64,000 nucleotides of DNA from Blasia pusilla (lineage: Eukaryota), in assembly GCA_050084515.1 (NCBI GenBank), contig CM114271.1:10788001-10852000 (forward strand). Direction: 5' to 3'. Position 1 is the stretch's first letter. Every line of letters begins with the position of its first letter. Both the position numbers and the translations under genes were made by a program. This document shows positions 41,681-53,800 of this stretch, piece by piece. The notes under the pieces are model-generated. The model ran no database searches. It was not told where the DNA came from and saw only the letters and a list, made by a program, of their open reading frames with translations.

Positions 41681-43149
41681 ACACCATCCTCCGTGAATGG
41701 TCATTCTGGGACGCGTTGGGGCTTCTCAGGAAGTCCATGCTCGTGGGTCTCCAAGCGGAGCTGAAAAGAATAGAGCTAGTTCCGGAGGAAGCAAACCTGG
41801 AGAGTGCTGAAGATTTTGAACTTTGGCTGGATGACATGTGGGACAAGCCCATAAAATCTCAGGCTTCAAGACGACGTTCAAGGATCGCATCCTCCCTCAG
41901 GCTGACCTTGATGAAGAAATAGAGGCGAAGAAAAGTGATTTCCCAAAGAAGAAGTGAGATCTTCAGGAGTAGGCGGCCGATGCATCTTGACTAAGAGCTG
42001 CCCAACAGATGGTGTTCAGGTACCTCGTCCATTGTAAGAATGTAGGTACATGGCGAAAAATACTGGCAGCCTGCAAACTGTGGGCTTCTCCGCCTGATGG
42101 AGAGACATTTTCCATGTATGACATGGAGATGGCTCAAAGCATGTCCGACTGGGAGGTGGATAATTGTCCAATCTGGCTGGACTTCAACGACCCTGAGGAC
42201 ATAACCGAGAAAAATCTAGGCTTGCTCTATGATGCAGTGACTGCAAGTAGGGACGACATCCCCAATTTTGTGCAAGCTGAAGACTTTTTCGAAGAAGATG
42301 CGGAGGAGCAAGCCCTCGAGACAGCGGAGTTGGTGTCCAAGGTCATCACCGCCAAGGACAAATCTACAGCGGGTCTCAAAGCCAAGGCGAGGGGATGGAA
42401 GAATTCTGAGGCCGAGTCTTCCCAAAGAGAGGCTGAGAATTCAAGGCAAGAGCTGGAATAGTCCGGGCGAGAGGGGAGAGAGGGTCGGACCAGGTCCTCC
42501 GCAAAAAAACTCGACCAGAGTCTGAGGTAATAGAGACCCCAACAAGCCGATCGCAGACTCGGGAGAAGCGGAAGCGAGAGGCGTCAGGGTTGTCCCAGGG
42601 AGCATACCAGGATGTGGAATACACTCCATCATCCCTGGGAAGACATAGAGAAACAACGACTCGGACAAGCGTCATCATTCAGTGCAGTAATCTTCTGGAT
42701 GAGCTGAAAAGTTTCAGTTCACAAGCGTCAAAACCCGCCATCGAGAAATTGACAACGCTGGGACGGAAGCTTCAATGAAACGGGAATGCTCCTTGGACGG
42801 TCCATGGGGAGATCGAAGAGGTGGTGGTGGATCTCCTCTTCGCTGATTTGCCCTCGGGGTTGCGCTTGTGGGACGAGATCCGTCCGACGGAGTTCCAGAC
42901 TAGAATGTCCCTCTTTCTTATGACCAGATCATGCTCATGTTTTCCTTTGTAGACGCTTATCTCAGTGACAGGGGTTGTTTCTTAGTTTTGACTGGAGGGA
43001 GCGAGGACGAGCTCTTCAACCTCCAGTGCATCAAGAGGTCGCTGAAGTGGAGGACGGCGGAATCGTGGGTCATCAAGAACGAGTACCCACTCCAATCCGC
43101 GATGAGTCAAATCCGGGTAAGTGCTCTAAATCCATATCCAAATTGTCTT

Positions 43150-43480
43150 TCTCCGACGGGTTGCATCTCTGCATGCAACCCGTCGGATTGTTTGAGCTGG
43201 AGACTTCGGTGGTGCAATCCATCTAAAAGCGACGGGTTGCAAATTTACCGTAAGTCTCCATTGGGTGAATGCAACCCGTCGGAACCCGACGGGTTGCAAG
43301 TGCTTATGTTTTTTCCTTGTGTTTCTGGAATGTTGCAACCCGTCTGAAAGCGACGGGTTGCTCTTAGCCAACCATGGGTGCTCTAAGCCAGCAACATGTC
43401 GCCTTCCGACGGGTTGCTCATGGACAAAAAAATCACAAGACACTCGTAAAACAACCCGTCGGACTCTGACAGGTTGCTCC
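43150..43480. repeat. Intronic palindrome cluster
   Basis: Perfect TGCAACCCGTCGG-AAC-CCGACGGGTTGCA at 43270-43298 plus several variants. Confidence 0.9.
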
Positions 43481-45974
43481 AATGTTAGGATTATAACGAA
43501 GTTCTCAGGGGTTAAGCGAAGTTCTTTGGGGACATGTTGCACATTATGTCACCATACTGAGAGTAGACTAGTGGTCAAGTAGCTCTTTCTTGTTGCTGAC
43601 ATTGTTTCCAACGTGCTTCTTTACAGATGGACCACTCCTATGTTTACTGCTTTGTTCGGCCCGAGCACAACTTCCAGGTGTTTAAGATCCTAGATCCTAT
43701 CGATCCATGCTCCAATGGGTACAGCTTAGATAGTTTATACAATTCCCGCCCCCGAGAATTTACATGCAAGACAGTACCCCCTTACTTGGAGGAAGGGAAA
43801 AGTCGCCAGCCTTGATGCAAATGCTCATCGAGCTCTGCTCAAGGCCGGGTGACTTGGTGTTTGACTTAGTGGGCCTTTTAGGGGCGAGTATCAGAGGCGC
43901 CTCACAGAGTGGCAGGAACATTCTCTGCCTTGAGGGAAGGCAGCAACTGTTTGACCTTTGCAAAGAGGCAAAGGCAGATTACGACAGGCTAGTTGGGGCG
44001 TACAACTCTCCTCCGAAGCCGAGAGCTCCGATTCCAGACCCACCATTGGTAGTGACACCATCGTCACTTCCCACGATTCCAAAAATTGGAAGGGCAAGGC
44101 CGACAGTAATTCTGGAAGAGCTCTTGGACGATGACGAGTGAGTTCAAAGAACTCAAGGACCCATTTATTTGATGATGAGGCAAAAGAATTCATAGAATAG
44201 ATCAAATGTACAGTTCCGAGCTTCTTTCAGATGTAATAAAGGACAAGATTTTTTCGAACGATGATGGTGTTTGTAAAAGTTTGTTGAATATCTTTTTTGG
44301 TCTTGTCGAATGTGATCGTCTATGTACTCCGAGGACTTCTATTTTGCAACCCGTCGGATTTCCACGGCTTTCAACTTTTCACTTTTTGACCACTGCACCT
44401 TTTTAACCACTTCTAGGCAACCTGTCGAATTCCGACACGTTGGCTGCGTGAGTGATCAGACTCTTTCCCTATTGGTCCAACTTTAGAGATATTTTTGCGG
44501 GCTTCTTCACTTTGGCACCTTCCCCTAGTATTGTCAAACAAGGCGTAGGCTTCTTCTCTTCTCTAAGACGTGTTGGATTCCTACTACCTGTTGGATTGCC
44601 ATCATGGTATTTCCAAGGGCCGGAGCACATATTGATCTTTGGATGGGTGTCACATTGCAAAGCGTGCACAAGATATCTTGCCAAGGAAGGCGGTGGGACT
44701 CAAATCAGGTTACATGGGGCCGTTATGGTGTACCTAGGGGGTGCAAGGCTCTCCAATTCGCCAACATTTTCGATCCCCGTCTACAATCGACGAGAGGAGC
44801 CACTTGTATCCCAGGACATTCCTGTTGTACAGGAACCTAGGAGAGTTAGGAGTAAATTTGTAGATGACGAGGCTGAAGAAATCATAGACTAGATCAAATG
44901 TACATTTTCGAGCTTCCTTCGAGATGTTTTCAAACGATAATGGTGTTTGTAAAAGTTTGTTGAATATGTTTTTTGGACTTGTCGATTGTGTTTGTCTAGC
45001 TACTCAGAATTTTTATTTTGCAACCCGTCTGATTCTGACGGGTTGCAACTTTTCACTTTTTGACCACTGCAACTTTTCAACCCTTTCCAGGCAAGCTGTC
45101 GGATTGCGACAAGTTGGCTGCTTGAGTGATTGGACTCTTTCCTTGGGAGACCAAATTCTGAGGCATTGTGGTGGGCTTCTTCACTTTTGGCTCCTTCCCC
45201 TAGTATCGTCAAACCAGTCTTAGGCTTCTTTTCTTCTCTAAGACGTGTTGGATTCCTATAACCTGTCGGATTGCCATTTTGGATTCCCAAACAGTTGGAT
45301 TTTCGTGGGTGCAGGGTGGAATGGAATCAAATTCCATTCCACCCTGCACACTTCTCAAAATATTTCCTTTGTTATGGTGAGCTTGCTTGCAAGGGGTGCA
45401 AGCCATCTGATTCCGACAGGTTGCAAGAGTTCGAACCTGTTAAATTCCGACGGGTTGGGAGGGGTGCAGCTTCTCTGTTTATCAGATTTAGGATCTGAAT
45501 GAAGGGACATCAATTCCTCTTTACTCCAGACAGCTAACAATCTTTTGGTTTAATTATCATCTCCTGTGTTCACATTTCACAAAGTTGGTCTTTATTTGAA
45601 CCTTTCATTGAGATGAGATTGCTACTTCTGGTCAAATTATTTGCCAATGGTCCTCCAACAAAAATACCCTTGGGCACAGCTTACTGTAGACTGAGACAAG
45701 CAATTTGAAGAAACTTAGGCTCACATAGAGAGTGATGGAAATTTTTTTGTAGTGGTCTTATGATGTCTACTTGTTTTTCGCCCCCTGGAAAAAGGAGGTT
45801 TCTTTAGGCCCGAATGTGGACCACTACCTACTCTCTTCTAAAGATTTCATGAATTTGAAAGCAAACAAAAATTTCAAATATGTCAAAAAGTTTTGAAGAG
45901 AGGAGGCGGATTTGGCCCTTTTTTTTTAAGAGAGACTCTCCTCTCTTCCTCTCTCCTGCCAGAATACCAACCCC

Positions 45975-48670
45975 GACATTTTGAAATCATTCCTAGATTG
46001 AAACGGATGTACAGGAGCCTAAATATTTCAAAGTTATGACTTGGACAGCCAAGAACAAGAGTATCAATGACCTACAGTGGCACATCGGAGATTCAGAACA
46101 TTGGAGATTCATCAATCAAAGATGGGCAGAGTCTGCAAGAGAGACAAGGAATGTGAGACTTGGCCTCTCAACCGATGGAGTCAATCCATTCGGAGACAAG
46201 AACAATGTATATTCTTGCTGGTCTGTAACCATGCTGAATTACAACCTCCTTCCGTGGTTGACTACTAAGAAGTTTTTTGTCATATTGGTTTTGCTTATCA
46301 CGGGCCCACAATCTGCTCTTTCTACGAATATAGACGTTTGGATAGCTCCTCTTGTGGATGAATTGAAGCGCTTGTGGTACGAGGGCATTTGGATCCATGA
46401 TGTGGTGCAACGGGTTGGGAGACCAAACTCATTCAGTCTAAAAGCCCAATTGGTATTGACTTTGGGAGATTATCCAGCCCACAACATGATTTCCGGTCAG
46501 GCAACAAAGGGGTATTTGGCTTGTACAGCATGTGGCTCCAATTTCACTGGTGAGCATTCCAGACCTTTGAGGAGCATGAAATACATTGGACATCGACGCT
46601 TCCTCCCACTTGATCATCCTTACAGACATAGGGCATTACACTTAGTTCAATTCAACAATGCCCGAGAGCTTCGTGATCCACCTCCACGAGTCACTAAAGA
46701 GCAGATTTTGGATTGGGGACACCAAAAGACCACATACGACATGGAAAGAGGCACACGTGGGGGTTTAGAGGGGGGACCGGAACGCCAATATACAGAAGCT
46801 CCAAATGCTCAATGGGATTCAGGATAGAGATATGGTGTGAAATGGCAACGCATATTGGATGTGGAGTTGGACTACTGGCGGGTAATCTATGTCACCCATC
46901 CGCTCAAACGCAATGTCTACTATTTGCCACACCAGATGCTTTCAAGAATTTAGGCTCGTTTATCATCCATTTGTACTCATGGTTGGCATATGTGGTGTAA
47001 TAGGAGTTTGACCCTAGCAAACATAATCTAGACGTAATACATATTGATAAAAATGTATGTGAGAGCCTATTGAGGATCCTTTATGGGGAGAAGGACATAG
47101 AAATAGTGCGATTGGATCTCCAAGAGAGGAGAATACGTTCTCAATTGTGGTTGAAGGATGATGAGAACAAACCCAATGTGATATTGAAATACCACTCACC
47201 TTATGTTTGCACAGACACAGAGTGGAGAACATTTCTTTCGAGGCTTCAATCTTTGAGAGTTCCAACCGGCTGTGCAAGAAAGCATGTAAAAAACAAGAAA
47301 CTCGATAGTATGAAGACATACAATTATTATGTGCTTATGCAATAGATTCTGCCTGTATGCTTAAGGGGATTGATGCAGAAGCCGGTTCGTAATGCAATAA
47401 TGCAATTGTGCAAGGTGTTTGGTTGTATATGTGTGAAGGTCTTTGATCCAGCAAGCTTTCCCAAGCTCAAAGATGATATGGCAGAATTATTATGCGATTT
47501 GGAGATCCATTTTCCTCCCGTCTTCTTTGATGTCATGACTCATCTCGTTATCCATGTTGTGGAAAAGCTTGGACAGTACGGGTCTGTTTATACGAGGTGG
47601 ATGTTCCCACTAGAGTGTTTTATGAAAGTCTTGAAAGACCACGTCTTGACAAGATACAGGCCTGAGGCCATCATGGCAATGGGTTACATTTCACACGAGA
47701 CCTTGGGATATTTGACAGAGTATATGACCGGGTTTGAACATGTGAAGGCTAGGATATGGCAAGCGGAGGAAGATGAGTGAGCGGTAGGTGAAGTTCTTCA
47801 AGGCAGAGGTTCCCCATTGCAATTGCCGAGGCATATTTGGCTGATGGCTCATGAATATGTGTTGCAAAACACTAGTATAATGCAACCGTGGTGGAGGTAA
47901 GTAAAGGGTTGAATGACTCAAGCCTACGTGTTGTTGCATTTATTTGGCTTCCTTGTTTTTTTTATGTCGTCGCTCACCAGATACCGGTTGGCTAATAATG
48001 GCATGACCTCTACAGGAAATATAATATGGAGAAAAACGCACATATTGGGGGTGGTGCGGGGGGCTTTCCACCATTCTTAGAATGGATTCGATTGGCGATC
48101 CGGGAGCATTCAGCACTACACCCAAATATGGACCAGGATGTCTATCTTCTGTTTGCTCCACCTCGAATGTCCGTCTTAGCTTACAAGAGAATGCAAGCCT
48201 ATGGAAAGCACTTCCGTGTGGTAGATCAAAATGACGATCATTATGTCACATATGATTCAAGGTTGATATGTGTATTCAAGCAAATGAGCAATCACCAAGA
48301 TAGAGGATGGATGAAAATGGGATACATAGGAGAGCTAACTGACATATGGAAATTGGACTATGGGAACACATCCAATCCTGTCATTCTCATGAAAGGGACT
48401 TGGGTGCGACCAGATTGGCGTGGGGCTAGGGCTACAATGAAGGGTGATAGTGATGGATTCTTACTAGCAAACTTCAGGCAAATACAACTTGAATGGTGTG
48501 AACCTTTTGTATTCCCTAGTCAGGTTGAACAGGCTTTCTTCCTAGATGTGGAGGAATCGGCCGGATGGCGAGTAGTGTGCCACAAGCAGGCGAGGAATCA
48601 TAGGGTATCAAGTAATACTTTGGAGTTCAGTTTAGATGGCCACGGGGCTTTGAAGCTCCCAATAAAATGA
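45975..48670 (+). pseudogene. CACTA transposase, 3' part (Tnp2 core, DUF4218/DUF4216-type regions)
   Basis: RNVRLGLSTDGVNPF, TLGDYPA, GYLACTACG, YIGHRRFLPLDHPYR, FPPVFFDVMTHLVIH, RWMFPLECFMKVLK, EPFVFPSQVEQAFF. Confidence 0.92.
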
Positions 48671-49099
48671 TTAAACCTTTCACACATGTCGGAAGTCGGT
48701 ATGTACCAGTGATGAGGGTAGAAGGATGGGAAGGCAACATTGAGATTGCAGAGGAACTTAATGATGCCATGGGTTCTTAAAGAAATGTTTGTGTGGTGTG
48801 TTCTGTCATTGGGCATGGGTTCATGGGACATGCAGGTTGTTTGTTTTTGAAGGTATTTGATGGAAAATGTGAATGAAATGTGTGACCTTGTTGAGGCCCG
48901 CACGGCTTATGTGAACAGACGCCTTAAGGAATTAGCAGAAGAACTCAAACAGAGAGGCGTTGAATTGTAAGCTTTGACATATTGAGCACTCAGGTCTGGG
49001 CCTTTATGAATAAATCATAAGCATTGTGCATAATTCATGTTCTTGAAAAACTTGTCCTCATGTGCAACATGGAGGCTTGTTCTAAGCAAGTACGTGCCC

Positions 49100-50903
49100 C
49101 ACGACCCGCAAAGAGGGAGCCTCTCCATTTTGGACCGAAGCAGAGGAGCTCTTGATTGCTTGGAAAGGTATTGGCAGCGATGGCAGAATCTACTGATGAC
49201 ATTGATGCTCACACTGGAGGTGAAGAATCTCCCACTTGTGATCCAGAGTTTGTTGCAGACTTTGGTGAAGAGGATCAATCAGGCTTAGATGAGCTTCCGG
49301 CTCCTAAGGAGCCCTGTCCATCAACTATTGGGGGAAAGAAGAAGAAAGTAATTTTTCTGATCAATTAGACAAGATGTGTGTCTACAATTGTGTTTCAAGG
49401 TTAGTGGCATTTGAAAGAAATTGTCTCTAATTGGTGGGTTGCATTGCATTGGCAGAAAGGGACAGTTGGGGGGCAAGCTACTTGGGCAAGGGATGTTGCA
49501 CCCGGGCGTGTACCTGAAAGTCATATTCCTCTAAAACAGCAAGTGGGTGTACAATATAGTGGAGAGGGACAGGCAAGCATGTCTCAAGGCAGTAGAGATG
49601 GACCTTATGCACAGAACTCCAAGCCAAGTTTATTATACGGTGGATATTGTCCAACAGGACAAGGGTGGAATAGTACGAATCTATCGATTTGCAATCTCAA
49701 ATTTCTCTTTCATTATACATCATAGGATGATGGTGGGATGATGATAGTACCCTAAACGCTGGGAACATCTGAGCTGACAGAGATCTCTGCCTGATTAAAG
49801 TCTATGGAGGAGTTTTTGCCCGAGTTTGTGACTTACATAATTGATCGCATGGATGCATTCTCCAGCAGCATGGACATGCTAGAGGCAAGCATAAAGACTG
49901 TTGTTGCTAATCAACAAGAGAACTTCACAAAGTTGATGGAATTGATTTCCATGAGCTTGAGAAGGGACCATGAGGACATAAGGGGTTCCAAGGAGAGATC
50001 GGAAAATCCAAGAGTTGTATCCTCTCCTCATGGAGTTAGTGATCAAGACCCTGCTCCTAGTGGAGCACTTGCCTCTATGGCGTTGAGTGTATCCTCTCCT
50101 CACCCAATCACCGGACCACCTTCAAGGGAAAGTGCACCCTCTCCGGAGCTGGTCACTATTGTGCCTTCGCCTCCAGTTCTTCCATAGGTTGCCAAGGGTG
50201 TTCACATACAGATGTTGGCATTGCACCAACAGGTCCAAAGAAATAGGGAGGCACAAGAGAGGTTAATGCTATTGTGTTTGTGGGTGATCCTTTGAGTTCA
50301 GGTATGTGAGTTTAGAGTGATGTTGTGCATTTTACTTTGAAGTTGCTAAAAATCATGATCTATTTGAAAGGGTAGTGAGACGTTCTTTTTTATTGTGATT
50401 GTAGAGACCATAGATGAGGCCCTGGCCGTTGTAGGCAAACGCCAAGTGAGAACATCGCGGAGATGCAATTTGGAGGCCACGGTATTTTCAGAGGAGAATG
50501 AGGATAGTGCAGGGATGTTGGGGAGTGGTGGATCCATGGTGTTGGATCAGTTGGATCTTCTGCAAAAGCCAATGGTGGTGAGAAGAGCGACACTTAGCAA
50601 GAGGACCTGAGAGGCTACCAAGCCGATGTTGAAATTTTTTGTGCCTCTGTTGCAGCAGTTGATATCACGTGAGAACCCCTTTGTGGTTGTAGGTTATGGC
50701 AGCTTGCATGATGGTTGTTCTACTTTCCATGTACGTGATATTCCAGATGGGCATTCTGTTCTCCATTTGAGAGAGGTCTGCAAGAAGAAATATGTACTGC
50801 CATTTCCAAATATGGCTGACGATCCACCATAGATTTATGTTGGAGATGCCATTGATAGTGTAGTGTTATGGCCATCTCATCTTGTTATGCCTTCTCAAAA
50901 ATA
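49100..50903 (+). pseudogene. Second CACTA gene remnant (TnpA/ORF2-like)
   Basis: Fragmented ORFs ending VLPFPNMADDPP*IYVGDAIDSVVLWPSHLV, a pattern typical of CACTA ORF2 C-termini. Confidence 0.5.
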
Positions 50904-51599
50904 GGAGCACCTTCGCTTTGTATGTAGAATTTTTGAGTAAACCTTCCCTTTGACATCCCTCTTGAGTTTGGCAATCTCCATATACTACAAGTATATGGAG
51001 CGAAGGTGCTCCTATTTTTTAGAAGCGAAGGTTTACTCAAAATAGAGGAATTTGATGTTTGTGTTTCAGTTTTGAGTGTGACAATAGAGATGTACTTGGA
51101 TTTTCATGTCTCAATTTTGAGAATATCAGAGAGGGGGGTTTTGCAATAAGAAGAAGATATTGTGTTCTTCCATTAATGACCATCTTTCACTATAATTCAC
51201 TAGGCATTCTTATGACGTAAGAAAATATTCCATTTCAGGGTGTGTGGATACATTTTGTAGCTTTGGACTTATGGCCATAATTGGATGTAAGAAACATTTG
51301 CTAGCTGTATCTTTCAATAGATAAGGATTTTTTATTGTGAAAAAATTGATCTGATCAGATGCTACAAAATGGATGGGTTGGTACATGAGTAATGTGTTTG
51401 TATGTTTTCACACAATGCTGGCAGCATTAGGACTGTACAATAGATACATAATCGCATCTCCATTGCATGGATGTAAGAGAAGTAGTGATAGGTGTAGTGA
51501 GGATAGGTAGGAAGGAGTAATTCATATTCATGGATAAAAAATGGACTAAAATGCCAATTTCATGTACATATTTCTGTCAACAATAAAGAAATCTGTTAT

Positions 51600-52125
51600 A
51601 CATAATGACTGGTATAGTTATTTGGATATTGTCAGTGAATAGGATTGTAAATGATATGGACAAGTCATTTTAATGACTTAGTCATTCTCTTATGACGCAT
51701 GAAGTCGTTATTTATTACTGTGAGCAGTCACTCTTAATGACTCGCCCAATCATTATTAATGACTCGTCTAGTCAATTCTTAATGAATCTAGTCATTCTTA
51801 ATGAAGCGTCTAGTTAATCTTTATGACTCATCCAGTCATTCTTTATTACTCGTCTAGTCATTCTTTATGACTAGACAGGTCATTCTTTATGACTTGTCTA
51901 GTCATTTCTTATGACTTAACCTAGTCATACAAAATGACTAGGTTAAGTCATATTGTGTGACTATGTTGAGTAACAAAAAAGAGACTCAGATATGACTACC
52001 CTCGGTTTTAGTAACAACTTATACGACTAGGAGTAATTTTTATTACTAGAGTCTGGTTAAGTAATTACTTAGTCACACATGCCCGGTTTGAGTAACAGCT
52101 AGTCATTCTTCTAAGTCATCCAGAG
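51600..52125. repeat. CACTA subterminal repeats (AGTCATTCTTTATGACT-like)
   Basis: Dense direct and inverted TGACT/AGTCA units next to the right TIR. Confidence 0.85.
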
Positions 52126-52143
52126 GGGGTTTTTGTACTAGTG

Positions 52144-53800
52144 ATGGCTTGAATTGGGATGATGTGAATAGAACTGATAGAAAAAATTGGGTTGGCCCCC
52201 AATAGATTGCTGCAAGATGAGTACAAGCATGTTTGAACGTGTAGACGTATGTTATGAGAGAAGTTTATAGGGACTCAGTTGTACTTGGAGATTGTTGTAT
52301 ATTACATTGATTTTTTCTTTTCCCCAAGGCATGATTTAAGGGCCCTTGTTATTTTTGCCTTAAAAGTTTCATGGTTTCTTCGTTTGTAGAAGCTTTCGTT
52401 GACATGTGGCGACCACTCTATTGATGGCAATGTTGCAGCTCTCACCGAGAAGAACATGATTTCTACTCAAGCTTTCCATGATGTTAACATGTCTTCTTAT
52501 TTCATTGTGCTGCTAATTTGTGCGTTTCAAGAAAAATTTCCATATTAACAAGTTCCATTTCATTTGTTGGGTTCTGATTGTTGTGAGATATTTTTCAACA
52601 AGGCAGGGGGCATGAGTGGCCATGAGAGAAGCTATGACTTTGGAAGTTTCTTGGATAGTGCTATTGGCTTTAATTGTCCTGCAGGCCTCGAGTGTGGACG
52701 AGAGGGCCTTACGGTTGGCTGATCCCACAAGAAGCAAGACCATGTGTGGGGAAAGATTCATCCTTTGAGTGATCATAAATGTGCACCTAATCTATTAGAT
52801 TATTCTCTAGCATCTTCCAATGAGTTAGTTATCAGTGCTCTTAAGGATGGTTTGGATGCAACTAGAGTTTTTTTGTGCAGGTTACAAATGTCTCCAAGAA
52901 GTTCATTGCCTATAGCGAGAAGGAGGTGGTGGACCTTTCCTTGGGAAGTAGAAGTTGTGATATGGCCTGATAAAAATATTATGCTTGAGGTTGCTGTTGT
53001 TGATGATTCTGAGGAGCAGAGAGAGCATGTAATCACAATAGGGCTACGCCTTGAAGGGGACTTCCATGAATGGGAAGGCCTAGAGGATGATATGAATCCT
53101 GGTCTGAATCGTATAGATGAATGGGTGATGGAGGAAGACACTAATGTTGATGTTGTGATTCAAAATGGAGGTCTTATGGATGATGTAGAGAACTTTGAAA
53201 TTGATGCATCTACAAAGCTCAAAAATTTAGGTCATGAAGTGAGACATATTCTAGCATCTATGATGTCAGAGTTAACTATGAGTGGTTCTCAAAAAGTCGA
53301 TCCAACCATGACATGTGAGGGTAAGATTGTGTACAAATCTACTCTGGTAAGTCAATTAGTAGGCAATCCGGTCTTGTCAAAGGATAGGCTTACGGCCGCT
53401 TACCAGAGTGAAACATGTTTTGTACTATAACATTGGTAAGAGAAAGGAACGCGAAGAGGGCTCTCCTACATGTTTGGTTGATGTTGGTTCAGATTGCGCA
53501 GTTGCTTTTGAGAGAGCAGATAACTGATGTCCTTCAACAAGATCAGTTAGGGCAAAAAGAGTCCTAGGTGAGAAGCGAGGGAGAGGGATATCGATAAGGA
53601 AAGGAATGGAGATAGTAGTTGGGCCAACAATAGGAAAGGAGTTTTGGTTGGGAAGGATTCTTACGATCAGACGAAAGTTTAGTACACATTGGGGCAAGCA
53701 TCAAGCTCCTATTGATTTGTTACACAGGCATGTACTCGCTGTTGGTCAAACAGGTTACGTATGTCAGTTGTTGTTTAGTTGGTTTAAACCCACAAGTAAC
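52144..53800 (+). pseudogene. P-element-like transposase, 3' part
   Basis: GLNWDDVNRTDRKNW continues the frame from 25154; LLGSDCCEIFFNKAGGM (~52564-52614) gives a candidate catalytic E; KIVYKSTLVSQL...SKDRL. End approximate. Confidence 0.6.

Larger units (their letters stand above)
39676..44141 (+). pseudogene. Spliced cargo gene: charged N-terminus, ParB/Srx-like domain, beta-class amino-methyltransferase-like domain
   Basis: Exons ~39676-40305, 40404-40849, ~41680-43116, 43627-44141 (GTAAG donors; AG acceptors for introns 1 and 3). Motifs FFIWDGNHRFMAW (DGNHR 40701-15), IIQCSNLLDELKSF, VDLLFADLPSG (42827-59), LSDRGCFLV, REKSPALMQMLIELCSRPGDLVFDLVGLLGASIRGASQSGRNILCLE. Several stops and frameshifts. 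Confidence 0.72.
33785..45974 (-). mobile_element. Full-length Mutator-like element with degenerate TIRs, 12.19 kb, two divergent genes
   Basis: 9-bp TSD GACATTTTG at 33776-84 and 45975-83; ends GAGGTGCGG..AGGAGAGAGGA vs (reverse complement) GGGGTTGG..AGGAGAGAGGA; removal restores CACTA KVL*HFEIIPRLKRMY. Confidence 0.9.
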
